From Octopus vulgaris (taxonomy: Eukaryota): a DNA stretch of 64,000 nucleotides. Below the pieces are notes generated by a model. It did not search any database and had not been told where the DNA came from. It saw only the letters and a list, made by a program, of their open reading frames with translations. Positions 27,958 through 41,673 of the stretch are shown one piece after another (position 1 is the first letter of the stretch; every line of letters starts with the position of its first letter). The translations under genes and the position numbers were made by a program. The stretch lies in the NCBI GenBank assembly GCA_951406725.2, contig OX597816.1:89466001-89530000 (forward strand), in the 5' to 3' direction.

Positions 27958-28770
27958 AAGACTGCTGGTTGTGAATGAGGAGGAGTGACCTGAAGATACA
28001 GATAGAAGCGATTATATGCACAGCTCAAGAACAAGCGTTAAGGACCAACTACGTGGTCCTTAACACTACCGACAGCGAAAAATGAAGAATGTGTGGCAGA
28101 AACACTACCGACGGCGAAAAATGAAGAATGTGTGGTGAGAGGGGTGAAACGGTATGGGAACATCGTTAGCGAATGTCCGAAATTGGCACAACCGGATTAC
28201 AAAAGACATGACAATGTGGCAACAATGGTCCATTGGGAGCTCTGTGGAAATCCCGGCCTACAAAGAACAAAGACATGGTATGAGAAAACCCTTGAAGGAG
28301 TCACCGAGAATGAGAATTGCAAAATTTTGTGAGATGCAATGATTCAGTGCGATCACTTGACCAGACATAGAAAACTTGACGTTGTTGTGAATAAAAAAGA
28401 ACATGCATGATAATCGGCATAGCATGTTCCGGTGACAACAGGTTCAAAGAGAAAGAAAATAAAATAAACAACTATGAAGATTTGAAGTGGGAAATACGAC
28501 GTCTGTGGTCAATGAAGAGAGTAGATGTGACACGAATGGTAATTGGTGCACTTGGAATTATCAGCACTCAAATACCAGCATAGCTCAAAAAGATTGATAC
28601 AAATGGGAAGGCAGAGCACCTACAAAAATCAGCATTGCTTGAAACTGCAAGAATTGTCCGCAGGGTTCTTGAAGCATGACCAGTAAACAAGTGTCGCTTT
28701 AGTCTGCTGGTTGTGGACAGCTGACACTACCCATCATACGCAGCAAAATAAGCTGCCAGATTTTATCATA
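27958..28770 (+). mobile_element. 3' fragment of an R4/Dong-like RLE LINE
   Basis: DLKIQIEAIICTAQEQALRTNY...IVSECPKLAQPDYKRHDNVATMVHWELC...WYEKTLEGVTENENCKIL...VIGALG...LQKSALLETARIVRRVLEA*, followed by a (GAA)/(CAA)n tail. Confidence 0.85.
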
Positions 28771-28929
28771 GAAGAAGAAGAAGAAGAAGAAGAAGAAGAA
28801 GAAGAAGAAGAACAACAACAACAACAACAACAACAACAGCAACAAGAATTCCTTCTAATTTTGGAGGAGGGATGAGTCAGTTACATCGAACCCAGTACTC
28901 ACTTTAGGAACCCAAATTATGAAAGGCAG

Positions 28930-29250
28930 GAACCAGGAAACACAAAAGTATCAGGACTACAAAAATTTTTTCTCATGGGCACTGCCCACATCTTAAGAAA
29001 TGCACTATCAGCCTGAGAATATTTGACACTTTTCAACTATCTTATCAAAATCACAAATATTATAAGAAACCTTGAACGGTTTCTAATTTCTCAATACTTG
29101 GAGTCCTTTCCATGTAACATAACATGTTATTTCCATGTAATAACCATATATAACATTCACTGTAAAATGTTCAACATGCTGTTACTTGAGGAGTTCGAGG
29201 TCTTTGAGTGAGACTTGGAACAGCTTGTATAACACAAAACAACAACAAAG
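28930..29250 (+). mobile_element. Extreme 3' end of an R4/Dong-like LINE related to the 31.2-33.4 kb copy
   Basis: LMGTAHILRNALSA*, plus a 3'UTR motif gaggtctttgagtgagacttggaacagcttgta shared with 31225-31265 (reverse strand). Confidence 0.75.
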
Positions 29251-29340
29251 AAAAGATGATGAAGGAGAAGAAGAAGAAGAAGAAGAGCAACAACAACAAA
29301 AACAACTGCTACTACTAGTAGCAGCAGCAGCAGCAGCAGT

Positions 29341-29405
<65 letters not shown>

Positions 29406-29471
29406 CTTTCCTCCTATTCCTAGCTGATATTTAAAGTACCGGTTAAGTACTTGTATTATTGTTGTGTTGTT

Positions 29472-29680
29472 AAAGGCGATGAGGTGGCAGAATCGTTAGC
29501 AAGGCGGGGAAAATGCTTAGCAGAATTTCGTCCATCTTTACATTCTGCGTTCAAATTCCGTCGAGGTCGACTTTGCCTTTCAACTTTTCGGGGTCGATAA
29601 AATAAGTACCCGTTGGTCTCCGAGTTCGATATCATCGGCTTATCCCGTATCCCGAAATTACTGGACTTGTGTCAAATTTT
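29472..29680 (+). mobile_element. SINE family A (tail type B)
   Basis: aaaggcgatgaggtggcagaatcgttagc...gtcgactttgcctttcaacttttcggggtcgataaaataagtacc. Confidence 0.85.
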
Positions 29681-29699
29681 GTTTGTTTCCATTTCTTGC

Positions 29700-30260
29700 C
29701 GAATGTCGTCCCGACAACTAGGGCCATTACACTAAACAAACCAGATTGTTCATTTTTAAAATGAAATGAAGTTATACGAAAAGAAAAAAATACATGGGAG
29801 GTAATCGTTCTCGCAGTGACAATGCTCTTCTCAATACGTGTGACGTACCAGTTAAAACAATCTTTTGCTCTTCTTGTATAGATGATAAACCACGGATCAT
29901 TCTCAAATAAATTTTAGTTCCTTTTTTTATCATTCCAACTGCTCCCATAATCACTGGTATCGTAACCGTCTTGAGATACCACGTTTTCAATTTCAGTGAA
30001 CAAATTTTTATATTTTCTGAGTTTGTCAAATTCTTTAGCCGAGATATTATGATCACAAGGAATTTTCATGACGATCAATAAACAAGCAGTATTGTTTTGG
30101 TCTTTTGAAACAATATCCGGCAGTTTAGCTTTGATCGTTCTGTCTGTATGTATTGGAAAGTCCCAAAGAGTCGTTACGTTTTCTCTCTCAGTTGCAGCCT
30201 CAGAGTGGTGATTTTACCATTTGTCAGCAGTTTTAATTTTATACTGCCGATGTATTAACC
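29700..30260 (-). mobile_element. 3' fragment of an R4/Dong-like LINE (RLE domain)
   Basis: LWDFPIHTDRTIKAKLPDIV...WYLKTVTIPVIMGAVG...QKIVLTGTSHVLRRAL. The 5' junction abuts (TAA)n at 30262-30280. Confidence 0.82.
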
Positions 30261-30280
30261 ATTATTATTATTATTATTAT

Positions 30281-30785
30281 AAACCAACTCAGACTTGTGT
30301 ACAATATCGTGAGGTTGTTCATTGCAGATATTGTCTACCGGGGTTTTCTACTGTTTGTGAAGTTACAACAAGGTCCTCAGACAGACAGAACCCTTACACA
30401 ATATGCGTGCAGTTCCAAGTAATGCCGACTTTTGAAATACATCTAGATTGTAGGGTATCTCTAAGGTTTTCAGATGGGGGTTTTTTTTTCAGATTGGGTA
30501 GTATTGAACCCAATGCTCCGATGACAATAGGGATAACCTTTATATAAGACTCTCGTAGCTGCCACATCTTAGCGATCTCAGTTAAACAGGTTTCCGTATT
30601 TATCAACATTTTCTCTTTCTTTCATGATATGTTGATCTCCTGGCACTGCTACATCGATTATTAAACACTCTTTTTTGTCCCTCCTAACGTTTACTATATC
30701 CAGCCTTCGGTGCTCTAACACTTTGTCTGTCTGGAAATAAAAGTCCCAGAGGATTTTTGCCTCCCCTTTTCGTCCATTACCTTTT
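30281..30785 (-). mobile_element. 3' fragment of an R4/Dong-like LINE (RLE domain) ending in (TAA)n
   Basis: ILWDFYFQTDKVLEHRRLDIV...EIAKMWQLRESYIKVIPIVIGALG...QKSALLGTARIL. Tail (TAA)n at 30262-30280. Confidence 0.82.
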
Positions 30786-31149
30786 AAGGTCCTGAGTTCA
30801 AATTCCGCTGAGGTTGACTTTGCCTTTCATCCTTTCAGGGTCGATGAAATAAGTACTAGTTATGTCCTGGGGTCGATCTAATCCCTCCCCCAAAATTTCA
30901 ATCCTTGTGCCTGTTGTTGTTGTTGTTATCAATTGTAGCTGATTGTTTAGTAGAATTAATAAAGCGTCGGAAATTTCTATGCTATATCTATTGACGGCTC
31001 TCTACATTCTGGATTTAACTCCCGCCGAGGTCGAATATGCCTTTCAAATAAAGTACGAATCAACCACTTAAATCGATGTAATCGGCTGCTTCTCTTCCCA
31101 AATTTTCAGGACTTGTGCTGTCAATGTTAAAAACAATTCAGAAATCCTC

Positions 31150-31203
<54 letters not shown>

Positions 31204-31204
<1 letters not shown>

Positions 31205-33385
31205 TAAGTTTGACTTTTGCTTTATGTCTGTACAAGTTGGCTCCAAGTCTCACCCAGAGACCTCAAGAGACAACAGGTTGGAAGTTCACGTTGTTGTTAT
31301 GCCTAGTGTGCCATATATTTGGGTTGCTTTTTTTGGTGTTGTACTAGTGAATGTCTAATACATAAATTTTTTTTAAAATGTTTGTTTTAAACCTTGGGAT
31401 TACATAGAGAGTATTTTGCGTAGGATATGAGCAGTTCCCATGAGCACTATCTTTTGAATTTCTGCCATTTTGAGGTTTCCTGGTATCTGAGTTAGGCAGC
31501 AATCAGCCCCTTTCGCTATCATTCCCAGGGCACCTGTGACAACAGGTATTGTTTTAGTCTTCAGGTTCCACATTTTGCTGATTTCTATTTCAAGATCTTT
31601 ATATTTGCTCAGTTTTTGGTAGGTCTTGACAGATACGTTTATATCGATTGGGACAGTCATATCAATGAGAAGGCATGTTCTTTGTCTGAAGTCTTTCACT
31701 ATGATGCCTGGCCTATTTGCATCTATCTTTCTGTCATTTTAGATGGTGAAGTTCCAGAGGAGTGAGATGTGGTCATTTTTAAGCACTGGAGGTGGATTGT
31801 GTTCCCACCAGTTTTTTTCATGGGGCAAATCCAGGTTTTTGCAAATTACCCAGTGAATATATTGTGCAGCTCTAACATGCCTGTTGAGGTACTCTGTAGG
31901 CGCTAGAAGACTGCATTTGGAGACAACATGATCAGTGGTCTCATTTTGTTGTCGGCATACACGACATGTTGGGCTACTGCCGTTCTTTAATATGTTGGCC
32001 GGGTAGTTTCTTGTTGGTAGGCATTGATCTTGAGCTGCTATGATAAACCCTTCTGTTTCAGATTTTAAGCCAGAGGCCATTAGCCATTGATGTGTCAGGG
32101 CTTTGTCAATATCTGCATTATTCACTCTCTTTGGGCATTTGCCATAGAGAGGTTTTTCTTGCCATTTATTATTCAGAATATCTAAGGCCGCAGTTTTGGC
32201 ACGGGTTTTCATGCGCCTAGCTTTTTCTGTGCTTGTTTCTTGTATGTCTATCTCTAATTCCGAAATTGGCTGTATTCGGAATTCACTTAGATATTCCTTT
32301 GCCTGTTTTGTTACTGAGTATGATGCTTTCTTGTTTTCATGTTTTGAGACAAGTTTTAACATCCAGTCCTCAGACTTTTTCAGGTAGGTGTCTAGGCCAA
32401 TTGAAGCAATCTTCATTGTTATTGCCAGTTGCAAAAGACCACGGCCTCCCTCGTTTCTTGGCAGATAAAGTCGTTCTGTATCTGCCTTAGGGTGGTGCAT
32501 TCTATGCATTGTCAACAGTTTTCTTATTTTTCTGTCGAGCTGACATATTTCAGTAATTGACCAGTTAACGATATTGAAACTGTAAGTCACGACTGGTATG
32601 GCTAATGCATTGATCGCTTCGATCCTGTTTCTTGCATTCAGCTCTGTCTTGAGTATTGCTCTCACTCTTCGATAGCATTCTCTCCTGATCCTTTACTTCA
32701 TCTCTGAATGCCTTATTCCGTTCCCTTCAATTACCCCTAGGTACTTGTAGCTCTCCACTGGGTCTAGTTCTTTTATATTCTGCTGGTCAAGGTTAACGTT
32801 AGATGTTTCTGTCATTTTTCCTTTGATAAAGGTAGCTTTTGCACATTTATCAAGGCCGAATTGCATTCTGATGTCGTCACTGAATTGTTTGACTATCGCT
32901 AGTAAGCCCTTGAGTTGTTGGTCATTTTTTGCAAAAAGCTTTAAATCATCCATGTAAATGAGATGATTTATATTTTTATCAAACATTTTATACCCGTACT
33001 GCGCGTCATTGAGCAGTTTTAAGAGAGGTATTAAGGCTAAACAAAAGAGGAGTGGTGACAGTGAGTCACCCTGGAAAATGCGACACGAAAGTTTTACATC
33101 ACCAGCATTTAGGGATTCATTGTCACTGTTCAGAGTTAGTGTGGTTCTCCATGATCTCATACTTACAGTCAAAAAGTTTCGCAGAGTCGGTGCTATCTTA
33201 TACATTTCCAGGCATTTCCTAATCCAGCTATGTGGTAGGCTATCAAAAGCCATTTTATAGTCTATCCAGGCTATTGATAAGTTTTTGTGTCGTTTGTGAC
33301 AATCTTCTAAGATCATCTTATTGATGAGTAGTTGATCTTTACAGCCGTAGGATCCACGTTTACATCCTTTCTGTTCATTAGGGAA
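31204..33385 (-). mobile_element. 5'-truncated R4/Dong-clade non-LTR retrotransposon (RT + CCHC zinc knuckle + restriction-like endonuclease) flanked by (TAA)n on both sides
   Basis: [91 protein letters not shown] region (NRPGIIVKD...LIDMTVP...KLSKYKDL...IPVVTGALG). Two frameshifts (~32690, ~31740). 3'UTR 31204-31399, then (TAA)n at 31151-31203. Confidence 0.93.
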
Positions 33386-33437
<52 letters not shown>

Positions 33438-33447
33438 GTTATTGTTA

Positions 33448-33485
<38 letters not shown>

Positions 33486-33531
33486 GTTGTTATTGTCATT
33501 GTTATTGTTATTGTTGTTGTTGTTATTGTTA

Positions 33532-33566
<35 letters not shown>

Positions 33567-33608
33567 ATTATTATTATTATTATTATTAATATTATTATTA
33601 TTATTATT

Positions 33609-33661
<53 letters not shown>

Positions 33662-33783
33662 TATTATCATCATTATTATTATCATTATTATTATTATTAT
33701 TATCATCATCATCATCATTATCATCATCATCATCATTATCATCATCATCATTATCATCATTATTATTATCATCATTATTATTA

Positions 33784-33830
<47 letters not shown>

Positions 33831-33885
33831 GTCATCATTATCATGATCATCATCATCATCATCATTATTATCATTATTATTATTA

Positions 33886-33943
<58 letters not shown>

Positions 33944-34054
33944 CCCTTGTTAGGTGTAAGATGTAACTCGCTTCCCTCTCATTCATTTCATCATCATCAT
34001 CATTATCATCATCATCATTATCATCATTTCATTATTATCATCCTATTATTATTA

Positions 34055-34101
<47 letters not shown>

Positions 34102-34118
34102 GTCATCATTATCATGAT
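33386..34118. repeat. Long compound (TTA)/(TTG)/(TCA)n array
   Basis: Directly visible; the N-terminal poly-I/M stretch of ORF 32693-33889 is an artefact of this array. Confidence 0.97.
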
Positions 34119-34341
34119 CACAACAATGGACAGCCGAAATAGCTAAGTCGATTTCGCCCGACGTGCAAACTTACTTATTATCGACAAAAGGTAATGGAGT
34201 CGAAATACCGCTAAGTCGATTTCGCCCGACGTGCAATGGTAGCGGTATTTCGGCTGCCATGACGCCGTGAGGCAAATTCCGACCTCGGCGGAATTTGAAC
34301 TCACAACGTAAATGTATGCAGCCGAAATACCGCTAAGCATT

Positions 34342-34548
34342 GCACGTCGGGCGAAATGCTTAGCGGTATTTCGGCTGCCATTACGTTGTGAGTTCAAATT
34401 CCGCCGAGGTCGACTTTGCCTTTCATCCTTTCATGGTCGATAAATTAAGTACCAGTTACGCACTGGGGTCGATATAATCGACTTAATACCTATGTCTGTC
34501 CATGTTTGTCCCCTCTATGTTTAGCCCCTTGTGGGTAATAAAGAAATA
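34342..34548 (+). mobile_element. SINE family A (tail type A) preceded by inverted and scrambled copies of its own head (34125-34341)
   Basis: Core gcctttcatcctttcatggtcgataaattaagtaccag; inverted arms 34280-34341 and 34355-34412. Confidence 0.85.
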
Positions 34549-35699
34549 GGTATGTTTGGCCAAACATACCGGTGCACTTAGTGCATCACTGGCCGTAGTA
34601 TCTAAAACTATTTGTGAGCTTATTTATTGAATGTATGGTAGTCTTTATCGTGTCCTTTTGATTCTTTTCTTAAGTCATATGCATTTTATACGTTGAATTG
34701 TGGCAGAGCATATTTTCATGTGTAATTTGTAGTTTTGTTTTCTTTTAAGTGTTGTTTTCTTTCTAAGAGGTATTCTACTTCAATTTTGGGGACTTTTTAT
34801 TGCCTGTTATAAATCCCTGTACACTCACAAATGTGTTCGCTGAGAATTTTTTCTCACTTCTATACTTTTTACTCCACAGCTCATAAATCTCCTTTATAGT
34901 ATTTCTGTGTGCTATATAGAGTGTTAATGGACAATAGGAACGTAACACTTAAATATAGTATTCATTGACCGACTTTCGCTTTTAATTTTGGATGCTAGCA
35001 ATAACAGACTGTCTTTTTGTTCGAAGTTAACTTTTTGAAAGGACGCTATTCCTAAACCACTTTTTATGTTAAATTTGCATAGTGGTTTCATTAAACTCAC
35101 TAGTTGTTGTCATTGATAATGAGGAGGAGGAGGAGGAAAAGATGGAGAATACTGTGCGAAAATGTTTTTTATTTAGCTTTTGTTGTTGATGAAGCTGATA
35201 TTTTGTGACGCTTTTTTCCCTGATGTTTTTATCCGAGCCATTCGTAATGCCTAATCTATGCTTATCTATCTTTTAAAATTCAGCCTTCTCATTACCCAAG
35301 TTACCCCATATAATGCTTTTGTTCGTAAAATAAAATAACAAGGTCTACAAGTAAGTCCAGTTCAAAATATTTATTTACACCAGGATTGGTGTCTTTTTCA
35401 ATAATTATCTTATTCCAAGTAGTGAATAGAAACATCAGGAACCGGCTATTGGTTTTTATGGTTGTGTATCCCCCAGAGAGGCGATTTTTGACCCGCCAAA
35501 TAATTTCGGTGGGCGTTCAATTTAATTGAACGAAATACAGCTCAACAAGATGGCGGATCGCGTTTTTTGAAAGAGTTGAGAAAAACAAAACAAATCCTCC
35601 TACCAATATGGTAATGGATGAAGGCTTCCTTCACCTTCCCTCCGTTACGGGCAACAATACAGAGGAAGAGGAGGAGAAAAGCAAGACAGTCATGGTACA

Positions 35700-35791
35700 A
35701 TGTCCAGTTAACAGTAACAACAATAGTAGCAGAAACACTAACAGTGGTAGAAATGACAACAGCAGCAGCCGCAACAGTGACAGCAGCCGCT

Positions 35792-35870
<79 letters not shown>

Positions 35871-35898
35871 CAGCAGCAGCAGTAGTTGCAGCAGCAGC

Positions 35899-35953
<55 letters not shown>

Positions 35954-36150
35954 ATAGCAACAACAACAACAGGAAAAAGACAGCAACGGCAGCGGCATTA
36001 GCGATAGCAGCAACAACGAGAGGAAAACTGACCACAGCAACAACAACAAAACCAGTACCAACAACATCGATAAGAACAACAACAACGGCAGCAGCAGCAG
36101 CAACAAGAGTAACAACAACAAAAACAACAACGAGGGCAATACCCGTAACA
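35700..36150. repeat. (AGT)/(AGC)/(AAC)n compound repeat
   Basis: Directly visible. Confidence 0.93.
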
Positions 36151-36344
36151 ATAACGAAAATGCATTCGCAACAGCAGTTGTGAAGAACAAACTACGCTTC
36201 ACCGTTGACCTCACAAATAGGGAGCAGATGCTACCACAGGCATGGAAACTAATAAAACAAGAGAAGACATAGCCAATCTGACAATCCCATCAGAGGCAAT
36301 TAAAGCAGAGGAAAGAAGAACAGTGCTTATCATCACCATTAAAG

Positions 36345-36545
36345 ACACGGGGAGCTGGAAGAATCATTAGCACACCGAACAAAATGCTTTGCGGCATTGA
36401 GTCCAAATTCCGCTGAAATAGACTTTGCCTTTCATTTTTTCGAGATTGATAAAATAAGTACCAGCTGAGCACGAGGGTGTGTCGAGGTAATCGACTATCC
36501 CCTTCCCACGAAATTTCAGACCTTATGCCTATAGCAGAAAGGATT
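36345..36545 (+). mobile_element. SINE family A (older, tail type B)
   Basis: gagctggaagaatcattagcac...gactttgcctttcatttttcgagattgataaaataagtaccag...aaatttcagaccttatgcct. Confidence 0.78.
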
Positions 36546-38599
36546 ATCGTTATTTGAACGGAGTCATTCTGTGATTGATATAACTCTTAGAGTAACGGAA
36601 CAAACGCACTGTGAAGTTTGTTTCAGCATATTCCGTTCTGAGCTCAAACCTTATTGGGGGCTACTTATCGTATCATCCTTTCGTGGTTGATACACTAAAC
36701 TGCCATTCAAGTACTGGAGTCGATATAATCAACTGTTCCCTCCGTCCAAATCTGAATCTTTTTACTTATGTTAGAAATGATTATTTAAAAGACTCGGTAA
36801 TGTATGAGAATTTAGTTTGCGTATTTGATTACTTCCCTTTATGTTTTGAGCTTAAATCTTGCTAGGATTGACGTTACTTTTCATCTTTACAATGTCAATT
36901 AAATAAATACTGCTAAAGTACTAGAATCACTGCAACTTCTTAAAACTACCCATTAAAAAAATGTAGCACCGTACCTTTGCTAAAAGTCATTATAATCGTT
37001 ATAACCATTATCATCATCACCCCTATTTCCAATTATTACCGTTACTATTATTGCCATTAGCTTAAAGACTTTTTCGAAACAAACACCAAATACTCCATTT
37101 CAAAACGAAATTAGATTTTTCTGTTTAAACTGCGATCACTTTGAGTTCAAAGATTGGCTTTTAAGTAGCCCTTTCCAATAACTTTAGGGGCTGTAACGAG
37201 TGACATACGGGGTCTTTTCAGGTCATTCAGCTTTCAGTTTTTTAATTACTTTTATGATTTTTTCAGAAATTTTCTTCCCACTGATTACGTGATTGATTAT
37301 TCATTTGAAACCTTAAGAAAACGCATTCATCTTTAATCGGTTACATTTTTAGTAAAATTGAAAATTCTATTGTGAATGTTTCAATACTGAAATTTTCTGT
37401 CTTTGTGGTGAAGGGGTCTTGTAAATCATTCTTCTTCTTTTTCATCATCATCATCATTATCAGCAGCAGTAGCAGTAGCATTTTCTTCTTCTTTCACTAC
37501 TACTGCTACAGCACTTTTTCTGTTTTTCCCAATTCTGTTCTTTATTCTTCTATCTTCTGTCTGCTCACCTGCTGTCTTTTGTCTTGGCTTTTTGTCTTTA
37601 ATTTTCTATATCCTTTATAAAATTAATTTTCAAACGACACCTGTGGTTGTGGTTTTCTGCTGTGTATATTATATGATGTCTTTAGTGTTGTCTACTCATA
37701 GTCAATAACTGAAAAACAAAAAATGGTTGAGGCGATCAAATCAACGCAGGGTGCCTCTGTACATCATTGACTGGCACAATAATGGTTTCAAATTTTGGCG
37801 TAATGATCAAAACATACTTTGATATAGTTGGAGTTGAACAGAGAATCTCACTCAGTCGGAATATAAAGATCAGCTTTTGTGGCTTTTTTTTCAGAACCTC
37901 CATAACTAGGAATAAGAAGAGTGGGAGGAAGAAAAAGTAGGTATATAGTATAATTCATTGGCCACCTAAAGATCGGAAACACATTTTTGAATAATTATCA
38001 TAGAGTAGACTCCACTAAAGCACCATGGCCAGGATTATCACCCATGGTGATAAACTTGGCCATTTCTGATATGATATCAGCTTTTTGTAACAGTAACTGA
38101 CAATCAAATTTCTCCCTGACACTTTCCTATCCTCTAGTCATAGAACGTTTTATTTATTTGCGCTTTATTTACTTCTTCATTTCTTACAGGATACTGTTTA
38201 GCAGCTATGGAGAGCGCATATAATTAAGCATTTGCGTGTCAAGGTGAAAGAATATTATTTTGATGCAAATATTCCTTCCCTTTATCAGTAACCACTATCA
38301 GTAACATAAAACTCAGCAATTCTCTAATTAATAATACTTAACTATGGTCTGTCTTGTGGCGGAGGTTTTCAAAATTAAATCATGCTTTCTTGAAATATTT
38401 GAGTAAGAAAACAATCAATTCTTTGTATCCCTCGCATTCCCAGTTCGTTAATCCTTTATTCTTATTTTCTGCTCTAGTCAAGTCACTTTCAGAGAGAGGT
38501 GAAAGTAACCGTATTACAGAGAGACAGGGTAACAGGTAACAACAATTGTATTGCCTTGCCAAACATGCCGTCAACATTTACGTTCTGCATATGCATAAT

Positions 38600-39090
<491 letters not shown>

Positions 39091-39475
39091 GAATATATAC
39101 ACATGTGTGTGTGTGTTTGCGTGTGTGTGCGCGCGCGTGCGCGCGTGCATACGTGCGTGTATGTAAGTGTGTTTGAGAGAGAGAGGGGGGTGGCTAGCTC
39201 GTATATAGTTTGCTTTGTGTATGCGTTTCGTGAAATGCATCATCAGAACATGGGTATTTTAAAGCTACATATACAAAGGTTGCACAGTTAAAATCTGAAT
39301 GAGACAAGTGACCATCAACTATGTCGGCAATGATCCTTAAACGATAAGCAATTTTCTAGGAGCTAAACTTAGTACAAACGCACACATACATATGAACTCA
39401 TGTGCACATATATTCACACAAACATACACTTAGACACACATAAATTTTCCACGCACACACAGAGTGACAGATAGA

Positions 39476-39514
<39 letters not shown>

Positions 39515-39517
39515 TTG

Positions 39518-39573
<56 letters not shown>

Positions 39574-39574
<1 letters not shown>

Positions 39575-39945
39575 GTTTCTTTATTGGCCACACGGGGCTG
39601 CACACAGATAGGACAAATTACAAGGTAGAACTTTTCTTTTGTGGGATGAAAAAAACACAAAAAAAAACAAAAAGTAAAAGAAACAAAAAAAAGTGGCGTA
39701 GGTTTTCGATCAAAAGGGATCGTAAAAGGGGAAAAAGAAAAAAAAAAAGAAAAAAAGAAAAAGAGAAAGGGAAAAAAACGAAAAGAAAAAGAAAAAAGGA
39801 AGAAAAAGAGGAAAAGAGGGGGAGAGGGAAAAAAACGATCAATAGGGATCGTGTATCACAGTGTCATGATGTACGGTGTAAAGGGGAAAGCAGATAAAGT
39901 TTATCCGTGGGAAGAAAAGCCTACGAAAAAGACTACGGTAACCTC
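39574..39945 (-). mobile_element. Probable 3'UTR of a non-LTR retroelement inserted in (GATA)n/(TATC)n
   Basis: Minus-strand AATAAA (39580-39585) lies just before the (TATC)n tract. T-rich body, two cgatc...gatcg mini-hairpins, GATA repeats on both flanks. Confidence 0.6.
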
Positions 39946-40004
39946 ATAGATAGATAGATGCATACAGGGATGGGTGTAAATGCTGATAGCTTCTTCATGT
40001 CAAA

Positions 40005-40047
<43 letters not shown>

Positions 40048-40097
40048 CTATACATATACATATATATATAATCCTTACATACATACACATACATACG

Positions 40098-40153
<56 letters not shown>

Positions 40154-40187
40154 CATATATATAAAAAAAATAAAAAATAAAAAAAAA

Positions 40188-40265
40188 CCTTGCCCAGACT
40201 TGTGCCTCAGAGGGTAACTCTCTGGGTGCAAACCCATGGTCAGTGTCTGACCGAAGGGGGTCAAC
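40188..40265 (+). mobile_element. Isolated tail type 2 of SINE family B (or its partner LINE 3' end)
   Basis: ccttgcccagacttgtgcctcagagggtaac...gaccgaagggggtc matches the reverse complement of 45020-45095. Confidence 0.75.
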
Positions 40266-40269
40266 AAAT

Positions 40270-40313
<44 letters not shown>

Positions 40314-40596
40314 CATACATACATATACAAATATACATACACACACATATATATGAATATATACATATACATACATATATATATACATAGATATATGTAT
40401 ATATACACATGAATATATATATACATATGTATACATATATGTGTGTGCATATATATTGGTAACTCGGACACACTACGCTTTCACTTTGGTTATCCAAGTG
40501 GCGGATGTCAACGATTTTCATTGGACATGAAGTTGATTTATTGGTGTGTCGAGGGGGGAGTGGGGTGTGTAACAGAGAGAAAGAGAGAGAGAGAGA

Positions 40597-40636
<40 letters not shown>

Positions 40637-41245
40637 AAATATAAATGTTTGTGAGGGTTGTGTATAGGAGCGCTTAAACGTCTGAAAGACCATTTTAGAA
40701 AAAGGTGTTACCCATTGATGTCGATATTGATAGCTTTCGGCTGATTGATTGCAAATAATGATTCCAATTCCTTCAGTCTATATCTGGCTAAAAGCTTCAT
40801 CTGTTGTGTCTCTTCTTCCTGAGTGCCTCGTTTAACTAAGACCATTGATCAAAACCTAACGACATTCTATCTATTTATCTGTCTGTCTCTATATATATAA
40901 ATATATGCCTCTATGTGTGTATGTGTGTGTGTGTGTGTACGCGTGTGTGCAGGCGTATAGTCCTTTGTTCGCTAGGTTACGATGAAGACAATTTTAATCC
41001 ATTAATTTATGTGTGAATTCCTTGTTTATACGGCTTTTAAATAGTGCTTGACTGAGTGTGAAACCTTACGAACACATTGAGAAAAAGCGTATTTAAGGTG
41101 AAGGTGCACGATGACAACACCTTCAATGACTACGACGGAGGTGACGTCGGTTAGCTGACAGTGGTTGTGGTGGTGGTGGTGGTGGTGGTGGTTGGCCCGG
41201 CGGTGTGATTGGTGACATGGCATGATGATGATGAGGGTGGTGTTG

Positions 41246-41281
<36 letters not shown>

Positions 41282-41673
41282 ATAGTGACGACAACGAAAC
41301 GACGACGAGGACTTGGATGATGATGATGAGGAGGAAGAGGAGGAGGAGGAGGAGGGGGAAGAGGAGGAGGAGGAGGAGGAGGAGGAAGAGGAAGAGGAAG
41401 AGGAGGAGGACCTCCGTTGATTGTAAGTATAGTCCATTGCCTAGATACCTGTGAATTATTGTATTATTGTTGTTATCCTTTCGTTTCTGTTGTTTATTTT
41501 TTTTTTTTTTTTCACTTTTCATCGACTTCGAATGGATGAAAACAAAAGCAATGTTGACACCCGATGTTATTTGATAACTGAAGCTTATAAGGAACGGAGC
41601 TAAATACAGTGAAATCATTTCGTCCGTAACTCTACGATATCCGCCGGAATCATTTATTTCAGTAATATGTTAT

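Noticed and set aside
32693-33889. 398-aa ORF as a full-length protein with a poly-I/M N-terminus
   Set aside because: The N-terminal part is translated (TAA/TGA)n microsatellite; only 33385 downward is RT.
35608-36183. 191-aa Ser/Thr-rich ORF
   Set aside because: Trinucleotide repeat open in several frames and on both strands; no domain or splice support.
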